From assembly GCA_963704165.1 (NCBI GenBank), contig CAVPHD010000007.1, positions 96,001-160,000 on the forward strand: a stretch of 64,000 nt of DNA. Direction: 5' to 3'. The notes beneath the pieces were generated by a model that saw only the letters and a program-made list of their open reading frames with translations, searched no databases and was not told where the DNA came from. Shown here piece by piece: positions 41,644-51,283 of this stretch. This stretch comes from an uncultured delta proteobacterium (lineage in GTDB: Bacteria > Myxococcota_A > UBA9160 > SZUA-336). Position numbers and translations under genes: made by a program. Each line of letters starts with the position of its first letter. The stretch's first letter is position 1.

Positions 41644-42318
41644 ATGGCGAACCGACGACCCCGGGGCAAGGCGAGGCGGGTGGGACGACCGGCGCGGAGC
41701 GAGTCGGCCGACGACGTGCGAGCTCGGCTGGTCGCCGTCGCGCGCGAGCTCTTCGCGAAGCGCGGCTTCGGCGCGGTCGGAATCCGCGAACTCGCGCGCG
41801 CGGCGGACGTGACGCCGGGAATGATCTCCTACTACTTCGGCGGAAAGGTGGGGCTGTACGAGGCGATGCTCGCGTCGGTCTTCGAAGAGCTGCTCGCGCG
41901 CGTCCGTGAGCTCTCCTCGAGACCGGCCGTGGGCACGCCACCGCTCGAGGCGCTGATCCGCCTGTACATCACCACGATCGCGGATCAACCCTGGGTGCCG
42001 ACGCTCCTCGTGCGCGAGATCGTGACCGGGGACTCCGGCGCACGAGCCCGCTTCATCGACCGCTTCGCCTCGCGCGCCGCGGCGCTCCTGCCGAGCCTTC
42101 TCGAAGCGGAGATCTCGAGCGGAAGACTTCGCGCCGACCTCGACCCGAAGCTCGCGGTGCTCTCGCTGTTCGGCATGAGCATCTTCCCGTTCCTCGCGCA
42201 CCCGATCGCCGGAAAGGCGCTCGGCTACGAACTCGACCGCGCGTTCGCCGATCGGCTCGTCGCGCACACCACGAAGCTCTTCTCCGAGGGCGCCGGTCGC
42301 GGCGTGGAGGCGAGATGA
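41644..42318 (+). CDS. TetR/AcrR-family regulator
   Basis: ARELFAKRGF..IRELARAADVTPGMISYYFGGKVGLY HTH; start taken at ATG 41644. Confidence 0.92.
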   Translation: MANRRPRGKARRVGRPARSESADDVRARLVAVARELFAKRGFGAVGIRELARAADVTPGMISYYFGGKVGLYEAMLASVFEELLARVRELSSRPAVGTPPLEALIRLYITTIADQPWVPTLLVREIVTGDSGARARFIDRFASRAAALLPSLLEAEISSGRLRADLDPKLAVLSLFGMSIFPFLAHPIAGKALGYELDRAFADRLVAHTTKLFSEGAGRGVEAR

Positions 42319-43301
42319 AGCGAGGATGGATCACGGGCTGTCTCGCGCTCGTCGCGTGTGGCTCCGACCCCGCGGCGGGGCCGGCGGTCGGAACGCTCGA
42401 GCGCGATCGGATCGAGCTCGTCGCGGAAGCGAACGACCCGATCGTGGCGATCCGGGTTCGCGAGGGCGATTCGGTCGTCGAGAATCAGGTGCTGCTCGAG
42501 CTCGACGACGCGCTTCTGGCCGCAAGGAGCGCGCGCGCCGAGGCCGTGCGGGACCAGCTGCGCGCGAGGCTAGCGGAGCTTTCGCGGGGACCGCGTGCCG
42601 AGCGGATCCGGGAGGCGCGTGCCCGGCTCTCGGGTGCCGAGGGCGCCGCGCGCAATGCCCGTTCCGAGTACGAGCGCGTGCGCGCTCTCGAGCAACGGAA
42701 CTTCGAGTCGATGGCGAAGAGCGACCTGATGCGCTCGCGGCTCGACGAGGCGATCGCACGCCTCGATGAAGCGCGGGCGACGCTTGACGCGCTCGAGCGC
42801 GGAACGACCTCGGAAGAGCTCGAGCAGGCGAGAGGCGCGCTGGCCGCCGCGGAGGCCGAGGTCGTCGAGACGGAGATCCGGCGCGCGCGCCTCGAGGTCC
42901 GTGCGCCCCGAGAGGCTCGCGTCGACGCCCTGCCGTTCGAGCGTGGCGAGCGCCCGCCGGCGGGCGCCGTCGTCGCGATTCTGCTCGCGGCGGGTCCGCC
43001 GTACGCGCGCGTCTACGTTCCGGAGGCGCTGCGAGCGCGGATCGCGAGCGGCACGCGCGCGGAGGTTCGCATCGCGGGCCTCGAAGGTGCACTCGAGGGC
43101 GTCGTCCGACAGATCTCCCACGAGGCGGCCTTCACGCCGTACTACGCATTGACCCAATACGACCGCGGCCGGCTCTCGTATCTGGCCGAGGTCGAGATCC
43201 GCGGGGAATCCGCGGCCGAACTTCCGACCGGAGTGCCGGTGGAGGTGCGATTTGAGCTGGAAGCGGCGTCGATCTCGAAGCCGGTGAGCGGTGGACCATG
43301 A
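42315..43301 (+). CDS. HlyD/YbhG-type membrane fusion lipoprotein
   Basis: Lipobox LVAC, VREGD, alpha-hairpin coiled coil, EAAFTPY. Confidence 0.88.
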   Translation: MKRGWITGCLALVACGSDPAAGPAVGTLERDRIELVAEANDPIVAIRVREGDSVVENQVLLELDDALLAARSARAEAVRDQLRARLAELSRGPRAERIREARARLSGAEGAARNARSEYERVRALEQRNFESMAKSDLMRSRLDEAIARLDEARATLDALERGTTSEELEQARGALAAAEAEVVETEIRRARLEVRAPREARVDALPFERGERPPAGAVVAILLAAGPPYARVYVPEALRARIASGTRAEVRIAGLEGALEGVVRQISHEAAFTPYYALTQYDRGRLSYLAEVEIRGESAAELPTGVPVEVRFELEAASISKPVSGGP

Positions 43302-44242
43302 GCGCCGACGTCGCGATCCGCACGCGTGGACTCACGCGTCGATTCGGTGAGCTCGTCGCCGTGGATCACGTCGATCTCGAGATCCCGCGCGCCGCGATCT
43401 ACGGCTTTCTCGGCCCGAATGGTTCCGGCAAGAGCACGACGATCCGCATGCTCTGCGGCCTGCTCACTCCGACCGAGGGCGAGGCGGAGGTGCTGGGCCT
43501 GGCCATGCCGCGCGACGCCGAGAAGCTGCGCCGGAAGCTCGGCTACATGACGCAGCGCTTCTCGCTCTACGAGGATCTCTCGGTGCGCGAGAACCTCGAG
43601 TTCCTGGCCGAGATCTACTCGCTCGACGCGCCGCGCCGACGCACGCGGATCGCGGAGCTTCTCGACGAGTTCCACCTCGTCGACCGTGCGGCACAGCGCG
43701 CGGGCACGCTCTCGGGAGGTCAGCGTCAGCGGCTCGCGCTCGCCGCTGCGACGCTGCACGAGCCCGAGCTGCTCTTCCTCGACGAGCCGACCAGCGCCGT
43801 CGATCCCCAGAGCCGCCGCGATTTCTGGGAGAGCCTGTTCCAGCTCGTCGAGCGGGGCACGACGATCCTCGTCTCCACGCACTACATGGACGAGGCCGAG
43901 CGCTGCCACGGACTCGCGATCCTCGACCAGGGGCGAGTCGTCGCCGTGGGCTCGCCCGAACGGCTGATGCGCGAGATCGGTGCGGCGGTGATCGAGATCG
44001 AAGCCCCCGAGCTCCGCGAGGCGCGCGTGGTGCTGTCGGGCGTGCGCGAGGTACAGAGCCTCGCGCAGCTCGGACAGCGCCTGCACGCGCTCGTCGATCC
44101 GACGGTGCCCGAGCCGGAATTGCGCATCGCCCGTGCGCTCGAGGCGGCGGGAATCGCCGCACGGGTCGCGCTCGCGCGTCCGAGCCTCGAGGACGTCTTC
44201 GTGGTGGCGACTCGCGGTGCATGGCCGGAGCCGCGGCCGTGA
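43298..44242 (+). CDS. ABC transporter ATP-binding protein (YbhF-like)
   Basis: GPNGSGKST, LSGGQRQR, LDEPT and STHYMDEAE motifs. Confidence 0.93.
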   Translation: MSADVAIRTRGLTRRFGELVAVDHVDLEIPRAAIYGFLGPNGSGKSTTIRMLCGLLTPTEGEAEVLGLAMPRDAEKLRRKLGYMTQRFSLYEDLSVRENLEFLAEIYSLDAPRRRTRIAELLDEFHLVDRAAQRAGTLSGGQRQRLALAAATLHEPELLFLDEPTSAVDPQSRRDFWESLFQLVERGTTILVSTHYMDEAERCHGLAILDQGRVVAVGSPERLMREIGAAVIEIEAPELREARVVLSGVREVQSLAQLGQRLHALVDPTVPEPELRIARALEAAGIAARVALARPSLEDVFVVATRGAWPEPRP

Positions 44243-45360
44243 CGCGCATCGCGCGCTCCCTCTCGCGCATCGCCGCGATCGCACGCAAGGAGTTCCGCCA
44301 CCTGCGCCGCGACCGGCTCACCGGCGGAATGGTCGCGGGCGTGCCGCTGATGATGACGATCCTGTTCGGCTACGCGATCAACCAGGACGTCCGTCACCTG
44401 CGCGCCGGTGTCGTGGACCTGGCGGGAACGCAGAGCGCACGCCTCCTCGTCCAGGATGCGCAGGCGACGCAAGTGATCGACGTCGTCGAGTCCCCGAGCT
44501 CCGTCGCGGCGCTCGAGCAGCTGCTCGTCCAGGGTCGGATCTCGGTCGGGATCGTGATCCCCGCCGATCTCGAGCGCCGTGTCGCGATCGGCGATCGCGC
44601 GGGCGCGCAGCTGCTCGTCGACGGTGGAGATCCGATCGTGCTCGGCGCGGCACGGGGCCTCCTCTCGCTGCCGGTCGCGAAACGCTTCGAGGCGCCCGCA
44701 TTCGCGTCCCGGTCGCCCGCGCCGACCTTCGAGCTGCGCGCGTTCTTCAACCCCGAGCGGCGGTCCCCGGTGCACATCGTCCCGGCGCTCTGCGGTGTCA
44801 TCCTCACGCTCACGCTGGTGCTCTTCACCGCCGTCGCGATCGTGCGCGAGCGCGAGCGTGGAAACCTCGAGCTCTTGATCACGACCCCGGTGCAGACGCC
44901 GGAACTCATGATCGGAAAGATCGTGCCCTACGTGCTGATCGGATACGCGCAGGTCACGCTGATTCTCTTGCTCGGCCGCTTCGTCTTCGGCGTGCCGATC
45001 CAGGGAAGTCTCTTCGACCTCTACGTCGGCACCGGCATCTTCGTCGCGGCGTCGCTCACGCTCGGACTCCTGATCTCGACGCTCGCCGAGACCCAGTTCC
45101 AGGCATTCCAGATGGCGTTCGTGACCTTCCTGCCGCAGATCCTGCTTTCGGGGTTCATGTTTCCGTTCGACGGAATGCCGTGGCCCGCGCGCTGGCTGGC
45201 GGAAGCGCTTCCGCTGACGCACTTCCTGCGCATCGTGCGTGGCATCGTCCTGCGCGGCGCGACGCTCGGCGACGTCTGGCCGAGCATCTGGCCGCTGATG
45301 CTCTTCTTCACGCTCGCGATCGGCCTCGCGATCGCGCGCTTCCGGAAGCGCCTGGACTGA
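44239..45360 (+). CDS. ABC-2 permease (YbhR/S-like)
   Basis: KEFRHLRRDR, VRERERGNLELL and LLSGFMFP motifs. Confidence 0.92.
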   Translation: MTRIARSLSRIAAIARKEFRHLRRDRLTGGMVAGVPLMMTILFGYAINQDVRHLRAGVVDLAGTQSARLLVQDAQATQVIDVVESPSSVAALEQLLVQGRISVGIVIPADLERRVAIGDRAGAQLLVDGGDPIVLGAARGLLSLPVAKRFEAPAFASRSPAPTFELRAFFNPERRSPVHIVPALCGVILTLTLVLFTAVAIVRERERGNLELLITTPVQTPELMIGKIVPYVLIGYAQVTLILLLGRFVFGVPIQGSLFDLYVGTGIFVAASLTLGLLISTLAETQFQAFQMAFVTFLPQILLSGFMFPFDGMPWPARWLAEALPLTHFLRIVRGIVLRGATLGDVWPSIWPLMLFFTLAIGLAIARFRKRLD

Positions 45361-45405
45361 CGGGCTGCGCGCGCTCGGGTACCTTGCCGCCACCTCCCCC
45401 CCGGA

Positions 45406-46275
45406 GTGCACATGCTCGAGAAGTGGCAGGCCGCGGTGCTCGGACTGGTCGAGGGAATCACCGAGTACCTGCCGGTGAGTTCGACGGGCCACCTGATCCT
45501 CGCGTCGTCGCTGCTGGGACTCGACGATCCGAAGACCAAGTCCGCGCTCGACGCGTTCTCGATCGTCATCCAGGGCGGCGCGATTCTCGCGGTGCTCGGG
45601 CTCTACTGGCCGCGCGTGCTCCAGATGCTGCGCGGATTCGCCGGGCGCGATCCGATCGGCAGGCGACTGCTCGCGAACATCGCGATCGCGTTCCTGCCCG
45701 CCGCGGTGCTCGGGCCGCTGATCGACGACTGGCTCGAGGCCCATCTGTTCCGTCCCGCACCGGTCCTGGGCGCGCTCTTCGTCGGTGGGGTCTGGATGAT
45801 CTGGCTCGACCGGGATCGGAGCCGGGCAGCGGAATCGCCCGCGCAGGCGCTCGAGGCGCTCCACTGGCGACAGGCGCTCGCAATCGGATTGCTTCAGTGC
45901 GTCGCGATGTGGCCGGGAACGTCGCGTTCGATGATGACCATCGCCGGCGGCACCTGGGTCGGGCTGCGCCCGCGCGAGGCGGCGGAGTTCTCGTTCCTGC
46001 TCGGACTGCCGACCTTGGGAGCGGCCTGTCTGTACAAGTTGGCGAAGAACCTGATCGCCGCGTCGCGCGACGGAACTCCCGACCTGATCGAGACGCTCGG
46101 CGCGGGCTCGGTGATGCTGGGTCTCGCCGTCGCGACGCTCTCCGCCGCCCTCGCGGTCCGCTGGCTCGTCGCATTCCTGAACCGACACGGGCTCGCGGCC
46201 TTCGGCTGGTATCGGATCGGTCTCTGCGCCGTCATGGGGATCGCGCTCTTTGCCGGGTGGGTGAGGATCGTATGA
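45406..46275 (+). CDS. uppP: Undecaprenyl-diphosphate phosphatase
   Basis: [31 protein letters not shown] and FGWYRI motifs. Confidence 0.95.
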   Translation: MHMLEKWQAAVLGLVEGITEYLPVSSTGHLILASSLLGLDDPKTKSALDAFSIVIQGGAILAVLGLYWPRVLQMLRGFAGRDPIGRRLLANIAIAFLPAAVLGPLIDDWLEAHLFRPAPVLGALFVGGVWMIWLDRDRSRAAESPAQALEALHWRQALAIGLLQCVAMWPGTSRSMMTIAGGTWVGLRPREAAEFSFLLGLPTLGAACLYKLAKNLIAASRDGTPDLIETLGAGSVMLGLAVATLSAALAVRWLVAFLNRHGLAAFGWYRIGLCAVMGIALFAGWVRIV

Positions 46276-46997
46276 CCGAGCCGATCTCGGGAGTCTCGGT
46301 CGTCGTCCCCGTCTTCGACGAAGAGGACAACATCGCCCCGCTCGCGGTGGAGATCGAGGCGGTCCTCGGCCGGCTCGAGCTTCCGAACGAGGGGATCTTC
46401 GTCGATGACGGCAGCCGCGATGCGACACGCGTGCGTGTACTCGAAGCGATCGCGCGCCATCCGAGACTCCGACTGGTGGTCCTTCCGCGAAATCAGGGCC
46501 AATCGGCGGCTCTGGTCGCGGGCGTGCGCGCCGCTCGCATGAGCCATGTGGTGACACTGGACGGGGATCTCCAGAACGATCCGGCCGATCTGCCGCGCCT
46601 GCTCGATCGAGCCCGAGCCTGCGACGTGGTGATCGGACGGCGCGCCGAACGTCGAGACACGCTCGCGCGGCGGCTCGCGGGTCGCGTCGCCAACGCCGTC
46701 CGCCGCGCCGTTCTCGGTGACGGTGCCTCCGACACCGGTTGCTCGCTGAAGCTCTTCCCCGCCTCGACCTTTCTCGCGCTGCCGCGCTTCGACGGCATGC
46801 ACCGCTTCCTTCCCGCGCTCTTCCGCCATCAGGGACTCAGCGTGTGCGAGATCGACGTCAAGCACCGGGAGCGGCGAGCGGGGCGGTCGAAGTACACGAA
46901 CCTCGCGCGTCTGCGACGGACGATCTTCGATCTTGCCGGGGTCTGGTGGCTCGCGAAGCGAACGATCCGCCTCGACGGGAGCGACGACGCGTCCTAG
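46272..46997 (+). CDS. Family 2 glycosyltransferase (ArnC/DPM1-like)
   Basis: [36 protein letters not shown] and GMHRFLP motifs; ATGA-coupled to uppP. Confidence 0.92.
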   Translation: MTEPISGVSVVVPVFDEEDNIAPLAVEIEAVLGRLELPNEGIFVDDGSRDATRVRVLEAIARHPRLRLVVLPRNQGQSAALVAGVRAARMSHVVTLDGDLQNDPADLPRLLDRARACDVVIGRRAERRDTLARRLAGRVANAVRRAVLGDGASDTGCSLKLFPASTFLALPRFDGMHRFLPALFRHQGLSVCEIDVKHRERRAGRSKYTNLARLRRTIFDLAGVWWLAKRTIRLDGSDDAS

Positions 46998-48460
46998 CCC
47001 TGCGTGTCGCCCCTGCGGGAGATTTGGAAGAGATCGAGGAACCAGGGATGCTCGCGGGCGACTTCGTACAAGCGCTCGCGTTCGTCGAGCGACAGGTTCA
47101 TGATCCCTTGGCGCTCCATCTCTTCCACGCGCACGACCACGACGCTCCGCTGCGCCCCGTAGGCGAGGAGGAACGCCGGAACCCAGGCGAGTGCGAAGCC
47201 GACGGCGCGTCCGCGAAGCGCCGATCCCAGCGCGATGGCGAACGACGAAAGGACGACCCCGGCGACCAGAGCGACCGGGAGCACGGACCAGCCGTCGATC
47301 CAGACGAAGAAAAGAGCGAGCAGTCCCGTCCCGACGAGTCCCGCGAGCGCGAGCGGCGTGCCGAAGACGCGCGCGATCCAGGCGCGACCGCGCGGAGCCA
47401 GCGCGGTGATCGACTCGGCACAGAGCAACGCGAGACCCGGCAGCATCGCGAGCGTGTAGTGATTCTGTTTCTGCGGCAGCAGAGAGAATGCGACGAACGG
47501 CACCAGGAACGTCAGCGCGGCGAAGCGCAGTCGCGGTTCGTCGCTGTACACGCGCGTCGTCCAGAGTCGCCACGCGACGACGGGCAGCAGCAGGCTCGCA
47601 GGTGCCGCGCGCGCGGGCAGGACCGCGACATACCACCAGATCGGCCGGAAATGCGCGGCGTCCTTGCCCGGCTGTGGAGCGGCACCGAGCGGCATCAGGA
47701 GATCGTTCCACAACGTCTCGAACGCTCCGGGCACGACCGCGAGGATCGCCGCGTACCAGGACAGGCCGATCGCGAACGCGAGTCCGCAGGACGCGAGGAC
47801 TCCGCGGTCGCGCAATCGCCCAAGCTGGTGTTGCAGCGCCAGGAAGACCAGGATGGGCAGGGCGACGATCAGAAGCACGGCCGTCGCCTTGGTCAGGAAG
47901 GCGAGGCCCGCGAGAACTCCGAACAACGGCAGCAGCGCCCGGTGCCGCGTCGCGTGCGCTCGATCGAAGACGAAGAGCGACGCGAAGCAGAGCAGCGCGA
48001 GCAGCATCTCCGCATCGCCCCGACGCCCCGATGCGGGAATCTGGATCATCGCGACCAAGGCGGCCCCGGCCGCGAGTCCCATGCCGTGTCCGCCGAGCGC
48101 GCCGCCCCAGCGGATCACGACGGCGGCGAGCGCGACGGCGGCGAGCGCGGAGGGCAGGCGCACCGCGATCGTTCCCGTGTCGCCGAGCAGCGTCGCGGTG
48201 GCCGCGCCGGCCCAGTAGAAGAGCGGCGGCTTCTGAAGCCGCACCTTTCGGCCGAGGTGAGGGACCAGCCAATCACCGGACTCGACCATTTTCTGGGCGA
48301 CGAGCTGGCAACGTGTCTCGCTCTTCCGACCCGGAGGTTCGATTCCGAGGTTCACGAAGAGCAGGAGGGAGAGTCCGGCCAGAAGTGCGACGGCCGCGGC
48401 CCGTGCTGCGAATCTGCTCGCGGTCCAGGCGCCGCGCTGGATTTCGTTTCCGCCGCTCAT
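46994..48460 (-). CDS. ArnT/PMT-family (GT-C) membrane glycosyltransferase
   Basis: ATG 48460; MVESGDWLVPH..QKPPLFYW, VRLPSAL, LAFLTK and KQNHY motifs; many TM helices. Confidence 0.85.
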   Translation of the reverse strand: MSGGNEIQRGAWTASRFAARAAAVALLAGLSLLLFVNLGIEPPGRKSETRCQLVAQKMVESGDWLVPHLGRKVRLQKPPLFYWAGAATATLLGDTGTIAVRLPSALAAVALAAVVIRWGGALGGHGMGLAAGAALVAMIQIPASGRRGDAEMLLALLCFASLFVFDRAHATRHRALLPLFGVLAGLAFLTKATAVLLIVALPILVFLALQHQLGRLRDRGVLASCGLAFAIGLSWYAAILAVVPGAFETLWNDLLMPLGAAPQPGKDAAHFRPIWWYVAVLPARAAPASLLLPVVAWRLWTTRVYSDEPRLRFAALTFLVPFVAFSLLPQKQNHYTLAMLPGLALLCAESITALAPRGRAWIARVFGTPLALAGLVGTGLLALFFVWIDGWSVLPVALVAGVVLSSFAIALGSALRGRAVGFALAWVPAFLLAYGAQRSVVVVRVEEMERQGIMNLSLDERERLYEVAREHPWFLDLFQISRRGDTQG

Positions 48461-48489
48461 CGAAGAGCAGTCGATAGCACAAAGACCCC

Positions 48490-48519
48490 TTGACAGTCTC
48501 CGGGTGCACACGCGAGGCT
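48490..48519 (+). promoter_or_regulatory. Promoter of the ABC-2 operon leader
   Basis: TTGACA-N18-GAGGCT, the same geometry as the panB promoter. Confidence 0.5.
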
Positions 48520-48526
48520 CGCACCG

Positions 48527-48595
48527 ATGTCTCGTCCTCTTCGACGCGGTTCCGTCTCGATGCGATCGCAGCTCTGCGCGGAGATTTCCGTGTAG
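48527..48595 (+). CDS. Putative 22-aa leader peptide MSRPLRRGSVSMRSQLCAEISV
   Basis: ATG 7 nt after the -10 element, no SD; stop is followed directly by the antiterminator segment. Confidence 0.55.
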   Translation: MSRPLRRGSVSMRSQLCAEISV

Positions 48596-48622
48596 CCGGA
48601 GGGGATCGAGGTCTGTTTCCAC

Positions 48623-48664
48623 GAACGCCCCTCCGGAGTCCTCCGGAGGGGCGTTTCGCATTTC
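48623..48664 (+). terminator. Attenuator (conditional terminator) hairpin
   Basis: AACGCCCCTCCGGAG-TC-CTCCGGAGGGGCGTT perfect inverted repeat with a weak U-rich tail, ending ~20 nt before the ATPase start codon. Confidence 0.7.
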
Positions 48665-48676
48665 GGGGAGTCGTCC

Positions 48677-49678
48677 ATGTCGTCCGCCATCGAGCTCGAA
48701 CACCTGCGCAAGACGTTTCGCGTCGCGGAACGCGCTCGTGGCATTTCGGGCGCGCTTCGGGCGCTGGTATCGAAGCGCACGCGCGAGGTCGTCGCGGTGG
48801 ACGACGTCTCGTTCGCGATCGCGCCGGGAGAGCGCGTCGCCTTCGTCGGCCCGAACGGCGCCGGGAAGTCGACGACGCTGAAGGTGCTCTCCGGGATCCT
48901 GCAGCCGAGCGCGGGCCGGGTGCGCGTGCTCGGTCTCGACCCGGGCCGCGACCGCACTCGGCTCGCGTACCGGATCGGCGTCGTCTTCGGCCAGCGTTCG
49001 CAGCTCTGGTCTCACCTGCCGGCGGCCGACACGTTCGACCTGCTCGCGCGGATCTACGAGCTTCCGCCTCGCGAGTACCGGCAGCGACTGCGCGAGCTCG
49101 TCGGGAGCTTCGCGATCGCAGAGGTCGTCGAGAAACCCGTGCGGCAGCTCTCGCTGGGCGAGCGCATGCGCTGCGAGCTGGTGGCGAGCCTGCTGCACCG
49201 TCCCGAGATCCTCTTCCTCGACGAGCCCACGATCGGTCTCGACGTGGTGGCGAAGGCGACGATTCGCGAGCTGCTCCGCGAGCGCGCTCGACGCGACGGC
49301 TGCACGATCCTGCTCACGTCGCACGACACCGGCGACATGCAAGGTGTCTGCGAGCGCGTGCTCGTGATCCACCGCGGGCGACTCCTGCTCGATCGCCCGA
49401 TCGACGCACTGCGCAAGCGCTTCATCCCCAGGAAGCGGATCTCGATCGTCACCGAGGAGGCCGACGTTCGCGTCGATCTGCCGGGCGTACGCCGTCTGCC
49501 GAGTCCGCCCCACCGTACCGAGCTCGAGGTCGATCTCGCGCGGATCGGCATCGATCGGGTCGTGGCGGAGATCGTCTCGAACGCGCGGGTGCTCGACCTC
49601 TCCGTCGAGGATCCGCCGATGGACGAGATCGTGGCGGCGATCTACGCGGGCGAAGCACCCGGCGAGCTCCGTCGATGA
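48677..49678 (+). CDS. ABC transporter ATP-binding protein
   Basis: GPNGAGKST, VFGQRSQLW, LSLGERMRCEL and LDEPTIGLD motifs. Confidence 0.93.
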   Translation: MSSAIELEHLRKTFRVAERARGISGALRALVSKRTREVVAVDDVSFAIAPGERVAFVGPNGAGKSTTLKVLSGILQPSAGRVRVLGLDPGRDRTRLAYRIGVVFGQRSQLWSHLPAADTFDLLARIYELPPREYRQRLRELVGSFAIAEVVEKPVRQLSLGERMRCELVASLLHRPEILFLDEPTIGLDVVAKATIRELLRERARRDGCTILLTSHDTGDMQGVCERVLVIHRGRLLLDRPIDALRKRFIPRKRISIVTEEADVRVDLPGVRRLPSPPHRTELEVDLARIGIDRVVAEIVSNARVLDLSVEDPPMDEIVAAIYAGEAPGELRR

Positions 49679-50487
49679 GCCCCTCGCGGACTCGCGGCGC
49701 GACGGGGAAGTACCTCGCGATCGCGCTCACCTCGGCGCGCCGTGCGCTGGCGGAACGGGGCGCGCTCGCGGGCCGCGTCGTCTTCCTGGGCGTGATCCTG
49801 TTCATCTTCTCTCGCGTCTGGGGGACGGTGCTCGGGCACGGCGCGGTCGCGATCGAGGGTGCAGGCAAGACCGAGCTGATCTGGTACCTCGCCGTCACCG
49901 AATGGTGTGTGCTCTCGGTTCCGCCGACCTACCTCGCGATCGAGGAGGACGTGCGCTCGGGCGAGATCGCCTGCCGGCTCGTGCGGCCGGTTTCATACCT
50001 CGGCGCAATGCTCGCGGAGGCGCTCGGCGAGACGGGCCTGCGTCTCTGCGTGCTCGGTCCGGCCGCGGCCTCGATGGCCTTCGCGCTCGCGGGCGGCCTC
50101 CCGGCCGACCCGCTCGGTCTTCTCCTCGCGATTCCGCTCGGGCCGTTGGCGAGCGCGCTCGCCGTTCTCTCGACGGCGGCGATCGGCCTGTCCGCGTTCT
50201 GGATCGTCGACACCAGCCCGATCTACTGGGTCTGGCAGAAGCTCGCCTTCGTGCTCGGTGGGTTGCTCCTGCCCCTCGAGCTCTATCCGGAATGGCTGCG
50301 TGCGCTCGCGCACCTGTCGCCGTTCCCCGCGATGATCTGGGGGCCGGGCCGAATGGCGTTCGGCTTCGCGCCCGAAGCCGCGCTCGAAACGATCGTCGAT
50401 CTCTCGATCTGGGGTGCGCTCATCGCGGCCGGGCTCGCGTGGCTCTCCCGAAGGGCCCGACGGCGGCTCAGCGTGAATGGGGGCTAG
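49675..50487 (+). CDS. ABC-2 family permease (DUF990-type)
   Basis: IEEDVRSGEIA..LVRPVSY, LGGLLLPLELYP and terminal VNGG motifs. Confidence 0.87.
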   Translation: MSPSRTRGATGKYLAIALTSARRALAERGALAGRVVFLGVILFIFSRVWGTVLGHGAVAIEGAGKTELIWYLAVTEWCVLSVPPTYLAIEEDVRSGEIACRLVRPVSYLGAMLAEALGETGLRLCVLGPAAASMAFALAGGLPADPLGLLLAIPLGPLASALAVLSTAAIGLSAFWIVDTSPIYWVWQKLAFVLGGLLLPLELYPEWLRALAHLSPFPAMIWGPGRMAFGFAPEAALETIVDLSIWGALIAAGLAWLSRRARRRLSVNGG

Positions 50488-51283
50488 CGTGACTCGACTC
50501 GTCGGCACGATCCGCTTCGCGCGCGCCCTTCTGGGGATGAATCTGCGCTCGAGCCTGATCCTGCGCGGAGCCTTCTGGCTGCAGGCGGGCTTCATGGTGC
50601 TGAACAACCTGGCGTTCTTCTCGATCTGGTGGCTCCTCTTCGAGCGCTTCCCGGAGATCGGCGGGTGGAGGCTCTCCGACGTCGTGACGCTGTTCGGTGT
50701 CGTCGCCTCGGGCTACGGCGCGTCCATCGTCTTCGCGGGTGGCGTTCGCGAACTCGCGCGCGGGATCTCCGATGGAGAGCTCGACTCGGCGCTCGTTCAA
50801 CCCAAGCCGGTTCTGCTGAATCTGGTGGCGTCGCGGACGATCGCCTCGGGCTGGGGCGATCTCGCGACGGGCGTGCTCATGCTCTGGATCGCAGGGGCGC
50901 TCGCGCCATCGATGCTCGCACCGACGGTCGTCGCGGCGGCGTCGAGTGCCTGCATCTTCACCTCGAGCGGCGTGATCCTGCAGAGCCTGGCGTTCTGGAT
51001 CGCCGGCATGGAGACACTCGCACGTCAGATTTCCGAGTTCACGCTGACCTTCAGCCTGTATCCACGTCCGCTGTTCTCGGGCGAGCTGTCCTTCCTTCTC
51101 TACACGATCGTCCCGGCCGGCTTCGTCGGTTTCCTGCCCGCGGAGCTCGTGCGTGCGCCGAGCGCTGCGCTCGTGGCGTCGGTTCTCGGAGCGGCACTCG
51201 GCTGGACGGCGCTCGCCGTCTTCATCTTCGGGCGCGGGCTGCGGCGGTACGCGTCCGGCAACCGGATCGGCGCCCGCTTCTAG
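50477..51283 (+). CDS. ABC-2 family permease (DUF990-type)
   Basis: IGGW, GELDSALVQP, YPRPLF and GLRRYASGN motifs. Confidence 0.87.
   Translation: MGASVTRLVGTIRFARALLGMNLRSSLILRGAFWLQAGFMVLNNLAFFSIWWLLFERFPEIGGWRLSDVVTLFGVVASGYGASIVFAGGVRELARGISDGELDSALVQPKPVLLNLVASRTIASGWGDLATGVLMLWIAGALAPSMLAPTVVAAASSACIFTSSGVILQSLAFWIAGMETLARQISEFTLTFSLYPRPLFSGELSFLLYTIVPAGFVGFLPAELVRAPSAALVASVLGAALGWTALAVFIFGRGLRRYASGNRIGARF

Noticed and set aside
48527..48595. Macrolide +X+ arrest motif in the leader peptide
   Set aside because: RPLRRG contains no R/K-x-R/K triplet, so the inducer cannot be assigned from sequence.
39328..49513. Apparent long N-terminal extensions on hldE (748 aa), GT2 (954 aa), ArnT-like (839 aa) and permease (665 aa) ORFs
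   Set aside because: The extensions are off-frame reads of neighbouring genes; true starts lie at stop/start overlaps or nearer ATGs.
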